From: a virus
IMG/VR virus record: IMGVR_UViG_3300045412_000547
Reading direction: 5' to 3' (one strand)
Length of the DNA: 64,000 bases
Below the pieces are notes generated by a model, which saw nothing but the letters and a program-made list of their open reading frames with translations, searched no databases and had not been told where the DNA came from. The translations under genes were made by a program, and so were the position numbers. Shown piece by piece: positions 38,905 through 46,656 of the stretch (the stretch's first letter is position 1; each line of letters starts with the position of its first letter).

Positions 38905-39519
38905 TTAGAGCTTTTTCTGTTCTATGACCTTGATAGTCTCAAAGAGTATTTTTTCTAAATTTTCTAAAGATTCTTTTTTTAATGAATTTTTCAAACTACT
39001 GATAACTTTCTCACTACCTTTATCAATAGCTGCGTAGAGTGATTCTTCATTATTCTCTTCAAGACTATTCATATCCATATTAAATTTCTGTCGGTATTTT
39101 TCGTAATCTTTATAAGCAAAAATTGAAGCTAAATTTTCTTGAGCTGTTGTGATTTTAGAAAATACCCAAGGTTCTAAATTTTCTTCATCTTTCAACAAAT
39201 CATGAAGCATAGCAGAAATTTTATGTATTCTAAAGAGCTCTTGTTTTGCCATAAAGGCACCAGTATCTTCCGAACCTCCTTCAAACCCTGATTCCGGTTC
39301 TATGCTTGTACCACATCTACATTCTTCACAATTTTCATCTTCACAAGTACATCCCTCTTCCCCTTCGCAAGCACATTTCTTTTTAGGGAGATTAATAACT
39401 GTAGGTTGTCTAGACCCTAACCCCACTTCGCTCTCAGCATTAGGACCTAAGCCAACGTTTTCCTTTACTACTTTTTGAGTATATAGCTCATTTAATAGTA
39501 CAATGTCTTTCTCGAACAT
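38905..39519 (-). CDS. late protein with Cys/Glu-rich segment, candidate head internal protein
   Basis: TAAATA-N5-ATG; CACEGEEGCTCEDENCEECRC; MAKQEL...LEPWVFSKIT.A helical motif. Confidence 0.7.
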   Translation of the reverse strand: MFEKDIVLLNELYTQKVVKENVGLGPNAESEVGLGSRQPTVINLPKKKCACEGEEGCTCEDENCEECRCGTSIEPESGFEGGSEDTGAFMAKQELFRIHKISAMLHDLLKDEENLEPWVFSKITTAQENLASIFAYKDYEKYRQKFNMDMNSLEENNEESLYAAIDKGSEKVISSLKNSLKKESLENLEKILFETIKVIEQKKL

Positions 39520-39556
39520 ATAAATATTTATGCAAAATACATAAATAATTCTAACT

Positions 39557-39688
39557 ATGAAATCATTTAAAACGTTTTTTACAGAAAAAAAGAAAGCTCC
39601 GCGTGGTGTATGTTGGAAGGGTTATAAAATGGTCGGCCATAAAAAGAAAGGTGGCAAAACGGTTCCTAATTGTGTACCAAATAAGTGA
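39557..39688 (+). CDS. 43-aa basic peptide MKSFKTFFTEKKKAPRGVCWKGYKMVGHKKKGGKTVPNCVPNK (below ORF-track cutoff)
   Basis: Translated by hand; TAAATA upstream; stop overlaps next GTG; T4 CTS-like N-terminus. Confidence 0.75.
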   Translation: MKSFKTFFTEKKKAPRGVCWKGYKMVGHKKKGGKTVPNCVPNK

Positions 39689-40332
39689 AAAATTTTCAGG
39701 ATTTTTTTAATAGACCTGTACTTGGTGTCAATGAATTAATTGACATACAGGGTATTGGCAAAGTCAAGGCTAAAGTAGATAGCGGTAATGAAGGTTACAA
39801 TGTTTTGCATGGTATAGATATAAAGACAAGTAACGGTAAAATCACATTTACAACTGTAGATAACAAAACAGTAACATTACCTTTAAACGGGGATATGCAA
39901 ATTCATATTGGTAGTGGTGTAAAAGAAGACCGTCCTATGGTGAAGCTTTCATTCAGCTTGCTGGGTAAGACGTTTACCGAGCCATTTACAATTGCAGACC
40001 GTTCGGAAAATGAAGACCCGGTTTTAATTGGAGAACCATTTTTAAAAAAAATTAGAGGTTTAGTTGATGTTTCTAAAGAAATAAACGAATCTTTACAATA
40101 CAAAGTAATTGCAAAAAGAAATGATGAATTATCTAAAGCTTGGAATAAAAAAAAATATACAGAAAAAGAAATTAGAAAAATTGCTAACCGTCAGAAAGTT
40201 TTAATTACAGATATAAAAGGTTCTCCGAAATTTAAAGGTAAAAATAAATTAAAAATAGTTAACCCATTAAATAAAAAATCATTTATTAAATTTAAAAAAG
40301 TTATCAATAGCGACACCACAGAAACCGATTGA
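39685..40332 (+). CDS. retropepsin-like aspartic protease (RimK-associated/RimB-like family)
   Basis: AKVDSG catalytic motif, E.RP.V, DRS....VLIG. Confidence 0.75.
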   Translation: MKNFQDFFNRPVLGVNELIDIQGIGKVKAKVDSGNEGYNVLHGIDIKTSNGKITFTTVDNKTVTLPLNGDMQIHIGSGVKEDRPMVKLSFSLLGKTFTEPFTIADRSENEDPVLIGEPFLKKIRGLVDVSKEINESLQYKVIAKRNDELSKAWNKKKYTEKEIRKIANRQKVLITDIKGSPKFKGKNKLKIVNPLNKKSFIKFKKVINSDTTETD

Positions 40333-40632
40333 TTGTAAAATTTGAAAAATATTGTATTGATTAATGGCTTTCGTAACAAACACAGTGGGCGCATAATGCA
40401 CATCTGTATCAATTCTATCCCCTATTTCTTCACCTGTTAGTAAAATATCATCTATAAAGTCCATAGCTCCTCTTAATTTTAAAAATTTGTAGTAAAAATC
40501 TTTATTATCTGAACATTCTAACAACACTTCGCGGTGAAGGTATTCGTGGGCAAAAAAAGTAAGCTCTCTAATGCTAGATACCGACGATGGTGGGTTCACT
40601 AGGTCCCCATGAATTATGAGGTTTGTAGCCAC
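40279..40632 (-). CDS. hypothetical protein
   Basis: TAAATA-N6-GTG. Confidence 0.55.
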   Translation of the reverse strand: MATNLIIHGDLVNPPSSVSSIRELTFFAHEYLHREVLLECSDNKDFYYKFLKLRGAMDFIDDILLTGEEIGDRIDTDVHYAPTVFVTKAINQYNIFQILQSIGFCGVAIDNFFKFNK

Positions 40633-40651
40633 AATAAATATTTATTGTCAT

Positions 40652-41305
40652 TTAGATTAATTTTCTGTTCTGCGCAAACTCAATAAACTTATAAAACTCA
40701 TTTCTCGAGTTATCATTATTATCTAGAAAGGCTCCGGACATCCGAGCAGTTCGCATAGTAGAATCATGACGAATACCACGGTTAGAACAGCATGTATGAT
40801 TAGCTTCAATCATGACTGCAACACCATTATTTTTCTCACAAACATTATTAATATAATCATGAATTTGCATTGTAAGATTTTCTTGAACTTGTGGGCGGCG
40901 AGAAAACCAATCTACAATTCGATTTAATTTACTCAATCCAATTACTTTTCCGTTCTTTGCAGGTATGTAAGCCACGTGTGCAAATCCCATAAAAGGAGCA
41001 TGGTGATGTGAGCAAAGCGAAGTTAATTTAATATTTGTTTGTGCTACAATTCCATCATACTTGTCAATATTATCAAATGCTGTAACTTTGGGAGGCTCAC
41101 TATAACAACCCCAGGCAAAATCTTCCACAAAAGCTTTAGCAACCCGGTGCGGTGTATTTGAACTATTAGGATCATTTCTCCAGTCATATCCAAGCGCATC
41201 CATATATGCTTCATATGCTTTAGCTGCTTTATCTATAATTTCGTGCTTTTCTTGTTCGTTTACCGGGTGATTGTGGTTTGCAAAAGCTAATTTTTTTCTA
41301 CTCAT
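40652..41305 (-). CDS. folE: GTP cyclohydrolase I
   Basis: TPHRVAK, SLCSHH, GLSKLNR, RRPQVQE, H.C...RG; start moved to ATG 41305 (MSRKKL) because the longer frame overlaps a divergent gene. Confidence 0.95.
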   Translation of the reverse strand: MSRKKLAFANHNHPVNEQEKHEIIDKAAKAYEAYMDALGYDWRNDPNSSNTPHRVAKAFVEDFAWGCYSEPPKVTAFDNIDKYDGIVAQTNIKLTSLCSHHHAPFMGFAHVAYIPAKNGKVIGLSKLNRIVDWFSRRPQVQENLTMQIHDYINNVCEKNNGVAVMIEANHTCCSNRGIRHDSTMRTARMSGAFLDNNDNSRNEFYKFIEFAQNRKLI

Positions 41306-41354
41306 CTTTAATTTTTTAATATAATAGTACTGTTTTTCAAGATAAATAATGTTA

Positions 41355-41786
41355 ATGAAAGGTGATTCCTGTCTGACAAAATTGTTAGAATCTAGTTCTC
41401 TTAAGAAAATTAGAATAAAAGTAGATCCTAAAGAAATTTCTAAAGCTACAGATTTTAGCAAGTGTAACGGATATGAAGGTTATATTTTAAGAGAAAAATT
41501 AGGTAAAACAAAGATTATAGTTTTATCCCCGGATTTTCCAGTATTTGATGATATCCCGGTTGAATTTTTAGAAACCATTTTAAACGATCAGAACGTAGAT
41601 ATTGTAGATGAATTTAAGTGCTTCGTACACGGTAAGCTGGAGATCAAGGACGGGGACCCTTTAATACAGTGTCTATCTAAAGCTGAAACAATTGAAGACA
41701 TAGAAGCCGGTCTCCGTCAAAAAGGATTGGAACCACAGGCTATTTGTGAGCTTTACAGAGATTTTATTTCTAATGAGCAAGTTTAA
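41355..41786 (+). CDS. hypothetical late protein
   Basis: TAAATA-N6-ATG at 41343-41357. Confidence 0.6.
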   Translation: MKGDSCLTKLLESSSLKKIRIKVDPKEISKATDFSKCNGYEGYILREKLGKTKIIVLSPDFPVFDDIPVEFLETILNDQNVDIVDEFKCFVHGKLEIKDGDPLIQCLSKAETIEDIEAGLRQKGLEPQAICELYRDFISNEQV

Positions 41787-42645
41787 TAAACGAGTAAGCG
41801 AGCTTTTAAATGAAGCAGGCTATACTTCTGCAGCTCTTAAATCTGGAGCAAAATCTTTTGGTAAAAAAGCTTTAAAAGCTTTAAATCCACTTACTCTAGC
41901 TAGCAAAGGAATAGGTGCTTTAGGAACAGCGGTAAAAGGTGCACAAGCAGTTGCAACAGCACCGCAAAAATTTGGTCAAGCATTAAAAGGAGCAGTTGTA
42001 GATAATGATTATTCCCCTCTTTCAAATTCGTTGGGAAATATATCCCAAAAATTAGGAACAGCAGGAGAGAAGATCAATCAAGGTATATCTGGTGGAATTC
42101 AAGCAGTTAAAACACAAAGAGATCAAGATATACAAAAAAGAGAAAATAAAATTTATCAAGGTTTAATAGGTACAAATAATCCTCCACGCCCTGGAAACAA
42201 AATATCTTTTTATAACGTACCGGGTATGGTAGAAAACGGAATATCTGTAGGTTCTATAAAAGAAGTAAGACCTTACAAAAATGGATATGTATATACTGTA
42301 AGAGTTAATTCCGGTAAACCAGATGGCCCGGATACGGCTAATATTGTCTATTCAAAAGATAGCTCTTCCGTAGAAGTTTTTTATTCTAAGAAAAATGTTC
42401 CAATGCCTAACTTGACGATGAATACAGTATTGACACCTTCGGGTAAAGGATCGTGGTCAATCTCGCAGCCCGAATACTTAAAACCAGATAGGTCTTCATC
42501 TATTAACGCTACGGACGTCACTAGCGGTACCCTTGAAGTGGGGAAAGATATCGTTTATCGTCAACCAGATGGTAGTTTAGCAAAGGGAGTATACCTCGGC
42601 TATAGTGACATGACTGGTAAAAAGCTTCGAGTAATAAGAAAATAA
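41773..42645 (+). CDS. Gly/Ala/Lys-rich protein, candidate internal/ejected protein
   Basis: MSKFNKRVSELLNE N-terminus, long amphipathic G/A/K helix region. Confidence 0.6.
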   Translation: MSKFNKRVSELLNEAGYTSAALKSGAKSFGKKALKALNPLTLASKGIGALGTAVKGAQAVATAPQKFGQALKGAVVDNDYSPLSNSLGNISQKLGTAGEKINQGISGGIQAVKTQRDQDIQKRENKIYQGLIGTNNPPRPGNKISFYNVPGMVENGISVGSIKEVRPYKNGYVYTVRVNSGKPDGPDTANIVYSKDSSSVEVFYSKKNVPMPNLTMNTVLTPSGKGSWSISQPEYLKPDRSSSINATDVTSGTLEVGKDIVYRQPDGSLAKGVYLGYSDMTGKKLRVIRK

Positions 42646-42654
42646 CTCCCAGAG

Positions 42655-42682
42655 TTGATTTTTAATCACTTTTTCTTATAAT
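42655..42682 (+). promoter_or_regulatory. sigma70-like promoter upstream of queD
   Basis: TTGATT-N16-TATAAT, 71 nt before queD ATG. Confidence 0.6.
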
Positions 42683-42753
42683 AATATAGGTATAGAAAAG
42701 ACTGCGTTTTTTTTTAAGAAGTTGATTGTTTTAGAAATTCTATAATTAATTTT

Positions 42754-43386
42754 ATGAAATATCAGAGTACAAAAATAATTGAACTTGGTAGTTGTGCATT
42801 CCGTCAATGGAGAGCTGAAAGTCATTGTAAATTTATACACGGATATCGGCTTACAGCAAAGTTTTGGTTTTTTTGTAATGAATTAGACGATAAAGGTTGG
42901 GTTGTAGATTTCGGTGCATTAGATAACTTGAAAAGCGAGCTACAAAAAATGTTTGATCATACAACTTGTATTGCTTTAGATGATCCATATCTTAAAGAAT
43001 TTGAAAATTTAGCTAAGCTTGGTATTGTTGATTTAAGAGTCTTTCCTTACGGCGTTGGTATTGAAAAGTTTACACGAGAAGCATTTAATATTGCAAACAA
43101 AAATGTTAAAGCAATGACAAATGATCGTTGTTGGGTAACGAGAGTAGAAATGTGGGAGCATGAAAAAAATTCAGCTATATATGAAGAAGCAACAGCCATT
43201 ACATCTATTTCAGTTGGCTCACCAGTACCTGCGATGGTATCTAACTCTGCAGCAGGAGATACATTACAGGAACAACCTCAAGTCAATAACCCGGTAGCTG
43301 ATAACCCCCGGGCAGCTCCTTTATATACAAAAAAGAGTTCTGGATATAGTAATTTATTTGGTGGTACTAGTTGGGGAAATAAATGA
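42754..43386 (+). CDS. queD: 6-carboxy-5,6,7,8-tetrahydropterin synthase with C-terminal extension
   Basis: SHCKFIHGY, WVVDFG.L, FDH, G.E, WEHEKNSA. Confidence 0.9.
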   Translation: MKYQSTKIIELGSCAFRQWRAESHCKFIHGYRLTAKFWFFCNELDDKGWVVDFGALDNLKSELQKMFDHTTCIALDDPYLKEFENLAKLGIVDLRVFPYGVGIEKFTREAFNIANKNVKAMTNDRCWVTRVEMWEHEKNSAIYEEATAITSISVGSPVPAMVSNSAAGDTLQEQPQVNNPVADNPRAAPLYTKKSSGYSNLFGGTSWGNK

Positions 43387-43583
43387 GTCAAGATAAAAAG
43401 CCGATCGATGCAGAGATTAAGCAGCAGCTTTACGGTGGGGAAATAACCGATCATTATCCTAAACTTCAAGATAAACTACCTTATAAAAACGATAATGAAG
43501 CATTAGAAGATATCTATTCAAAAATTCAACAAAAACAAAAAAACATTTTAAAAAATAAAAACGTTATGATAAAGAAAAAATAA
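43383..43583 (+). CDS. hypothetical protein
   Basis: ATGA overlap with queD. Confidence 0.5.
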   Translation: MSQDKKPIDAEIKQQLYGGEITDHYPKLQDKLPYKNDNEALEDIYSKIQQKQKNILKNKNVMIKKK

Positions 43584-43623
43584 TTGAGTATATTTCTGGG
43601 TAAACCCTAGCTGTCTCACCTAA

Positions 43624-44370
43624 CTATTTATTTTTTATAGTAGCTATAATTTTTACAATAAATTTTAATAGTTTACTTCTTGTTATATCGTCTTCTGTAA
43701 AATGAAATGAATGTATTCCTTGTGCACGACTTTCATCAAAATCGAATGCTTTCATTATTTTTTCGAATCCAGATTTACTAATATCAGACTGTAAAGAATC
43801 TCCTATTACGAATAACTTACAATTTTTCCCGTAGCGTGTCAAAATAGTAACAAGTTCGCTTTGTTCTAAATTTTGAGCTTCATCTACTATTACGACACTG
43901 TTCATAAAAGTTGAGCCTCTTAAAAAATTTACCGGAATACTTTTAACATAATCATTCTCAAACAAAACGTTTGTTAGTTGTTTACCTATTAATTCATCGC
44001 ATTTTTCTATTAATGGCAAACTCCAAGGTTTAAATTTTTCATCAACCTCTCCTGGTAGACTTCCTAATTTCCTTGTAGCAGATTCTACTATACTTCTTAT
44101 GTAAATTATTTCGTCTATCTTCTTTTCTTTTAACATTGTTAGCGCAACATATACCGCACAATAAGTTTTAGATGATCCTGCTGGCCCGTCACAAAAAATA
44201 ATATGTGATGAATCGTCAAAAGCCTTTTCAACAAAAGCTTTATGGCGGTCGTTAAAATGAAATTTTTGATCAATTCTAAAATTTAAAAAAATATCAGGTT
44301 TAATTATACTGTTTTCTTCGCGAACGTGTTTTTTGGCAGCTTTTTTAAGCTGTCTGTCCTTCTTTGACAT
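43624..44370 (-). CDS. phoH: PhoH-family ATPase
   Basis: GPAGSSKT, LGSLPG, FLRG.TF, DEAQN, GD..QSD. Confidence 0.92.
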   Translation of the reverse strand: MSKKDRQLKKAAKKHVREENSIIKPDIFLNFRIDQKFHFNDRHKAFVEKAFDDSSHIIFCDGPAGSSKTYCAVYVALTMLKEKKIDEIIYIRSIVESATRKLGSLPGEVDEKFKPWSLPLIEKCDELIGKQLTNVLFENDYVKSIPVNFLRGSTFMNSVVIVDEAQNLEQSELVTILTRYGKNCKLFVIGDSLQSDISKSGFEKIMKAFDFDESRAQGIHSFHFTEDDITRSKLLKFIVKIIATIKNK

Positions 44371-44431
44371 CTGTTAATATTTAATGTTTTTTTGTAGTTT
44401 ATTTTTTGCTTCTTGCATATAAATTTTATAG

Positions 44432-45175
44432 ATGAATGAAAATTCTTACATTTTTTTAAGTGATGATAGAATTTTTTATACTATTGAAGGGGAGGGTGAG
44501 TATGTAGGGAGACCTTCTGTTTTTATGCGATTATCTATGTGTAATCTTACATGTAGAGGGTTTGCATCATCAGATTCACCTCATGGTTGCGATAGCTTTA
44601 TTAGCTGGTCTGTAAAAAATCGTATGACTTTTGATGAAATTTTTGATTACATGTCACAAAATAGTTATAACTGTAATTTAAAAGACGGTGCTATATGGAA
44701 GATAACTGGGGGTGAACCTCTTATTCAACAAAAAAATCTATTAGGATTAGTACAAGCCTTTAAAGATCGATATGGCTTTACACCTCATATCGACTTTGAA
44801 ACAAATGCTACTATTATGCCCGATTCAGAATGGAAAGATAAATGGGGTGCAACGTTTACAACATCTCCAAAGCTTTCTAACAACGGTGATCCTGTAGAGA
44901 AACGCTATAAGCCTGAAGTATTAAAATGGCATGCTAAAAATAATTCTGGTTTTAAATTTGTAGTTAGCGGTGAAGATGAAGTAAAAGAAATATTAGAAAA
45001 ATACGTATATGAGTGTATTGTACCGGTAAATCGAATATGGCTTATGCCTTGTTGTGGAAGCCGCGAAGAACATACACAACAAAGTTCGATTGTTGCAGAT
45101 TTATGTAAGAAATATAATTTTAAGTTTAGTCCGAGGTTGCAGTTAGTTATTTGGAATAAAGCACTTAAGGTTTAA
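44432..45175 (+). CDS. queE: 7-carboxy-7-deazaguanine synthase (radical SAM)
   Basis: FYTIEGEG...G.PSVF.R...CNL.C...CDS, TGGEP, ETN, SPKL, KFVV, PRLQ. Confidence 0.92.
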   Translation: MNENSYIFLSDDRIFYTIEGEGEYVGRPSVFMRLSMCNLTCRGFASSDSPHGCDSFISWSVKNRMTFDEIFDYMSQNSYNCNLKDGAIWKITGGEPLIQQKNLLGLVQAFKDRYGFTPHIDFETNATIMPDSEWKDKWGATFTTSPKLSNNGDPVEKRYKPEVLKWHAKNNSGFKFVVSGEDEVKEILEKYVYECIVPVNRIWLMPCCGSREEHTQQSSIVADLCKKYNFKFSPRLQLVIWNKALKV

Positions 45176-45854
45176 TAAATCTACCAAACCACGTTCCCCA
45201 CATAAATACTCCAAACGGTTCTAATTTTTTTTCCTGCACTAGCTTATCAACAGATTGTCTGACTAATTTACTTTTTTCATCCGAACTAACATAGTCATCT
45301 ATTACAACTATACACTTATTTACCATTAGTTCTGAAAATTGATTAATATCTCTCTCAATGTGACCGTCAGAATCAATTAAAATTAAATCTATTTCCTGTA
45401 ATAATGAGTTAATTTTTTTAACACTATTTTCATCATATGATTTACTTAGTACTAAAGATATTTTTTTATCCACACCCCATTCAACAATATTATTAATAAA
45501 GTCATCTATAATACTGTTAGAAGGTAAAAAGGGGTGGTTTAATTCGCTGCCACCAGACTCAACAGCAACTACTGGTACACAAGCTTCAAGAGACATTGCT
45601 ATAGTTCCACCGCCCACATAAGCTCCTAAATCTAATATACCCTTTTTAGATAGTTTACCAAAAAGTTTAAGTAGAAATAAAGTATCATTATGAAGCATAG
45701 AAATAGCTTTTAACTGTTTAATTATTTTTAATTTTTCTAAATTATTAGAAACACTAAAAACATATTCATATAAATTATCAATTATTATGTCAGGGTAACT
45801 TTTTTCTATTTTTTTTTCTAGTGAAATTACATCTAATGACTCGAAATTATTCAC
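45165..45854 (-). CDS. class I SAM-dependent methyltransferase
   Basis: LDLGAYVGG, IDSDGH, VIDDY; start placed at GTG 45854 by the TAAATA-N5 rule. Confidence 0.75.
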   Translation of the reverse strand: MNNFESLDVISLEKKIEKSYPDIIIDNLYEYVFSVSNNLEKLKIIKQLKAISMLHNDTLFLLKLFGKLSKKGILDLGAYVGGGTIAMSLEACVPVVAVESGGSELNHPFLPSNSIIDDFINNIVEWGVDKKISLVLSKSYDENSVKKINSLLQEIDLILIDSDGHIERDINQFSELMVNKCIVVIDDYVSSDEKSKLVRQSVDKLVQEKKLEPFGVFMWGTWFGRFIKP

Positions 45855-45900
45855 ATACATATTTACTAGAAATCTTAATCTTATCAAATAAAATATAGAA

Positions 45901-46656
45901 ATGCGAATTGCAATTTGTGGATCTGCTTGCCAGGGTAAATCGACTTTAATAAATGATATTATTAATAATTGGCCAATGTATAAAAAATCAGACGAATCTT
46001 ATAGGCAAGTTATAAAAGAGGAAAAGCTTAAAATAAACAAAGGAGTAAATCAGGAAGGTCAATGGAAAATTTTAAATTGTCTTATAAATGATGTTCAAAA
46101 AACTAGTAAAGGTGAAAAAATACTTTTTGATCGCTGTCCGTTAGATAATTTAGTTTATTCTCTTTGGAGTAATGGAAAAGGTAGTTCTGATATAGATGAT
46201 GAATTTATAAAAAAATGTATCCCTCTAGTTAAAGAAAGCATGAAATTCATAGATATAATTTTCTTTATTCCAATTACTAAGGCAGCACCTGTAAAGCTTG
46301 AGAAAAAAGCTACTCGAGAAATTGATCGGCTTTTTATTGAAGAAATAGATAACATCTTTAAAGCAATTTCATATCAGGCTAATCAAAATAAATCTCCTTT
46401 TTTTGATCCAGCAGATAGGCCTCCAATTATTGAAATATTTGGTAAACCAGAAGAGCGTATTCAAATGATTAAGTTTTATCTCGGTCAAGATGGTGATTTA
46501 ATTGATTCTGATGAAAGTGTATTAAGTTTTGAAAATCTTAGTGAAATGCAGTCTTTACTTGAAACTCAACAGAATATTAGTAATGAAGAAAAACAAGAAA
46601 AGAAAATTAAGGAGCAGATCATGGTAAACAATAAATATTTACGTGACAAAATTTAA
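45901..46656 (+). CDS. P-loop nucleotide kinase (AAA_28/dNMP-kinase-like)
   Basis: MRIAICGSACQGKSTL, FDRCPLD.LVY. Confidence 0.8.
   Translation: MRIAICGSACQGKSTLINDIINNWPMYKKSDESYRQVIKEEKLKINKGVNQEGQWKILNCLINDVQKTSKGEKILFDRCPLDNLVYSLWSNGKGSSDIDDEFIKKCIPLVKESMKFIDIIFFIPITKAAPVKLEKKATREIDRLFIEEIDNIFKAISYQANQNKSPFFDPADRPPIIEIFGKPEERIQMIKFYLGQDGDLIDSDESVLSFENLSEMQSLLETQQNISNEEKQEKKIKEQIMVNNKYLRDKI

Noticed and set aside
41306-41461. 52-aa N-terminal extension on FolE
   Set aside because: Overlaps the divergent gene and both promoters; ATG 41305 fits the promoter geometry
42683-42753. preQ1 riboswitch upstream of queD
   Set aside because: No preQ1-I stem-loop with 3' A-rich tail or other class consensus visible
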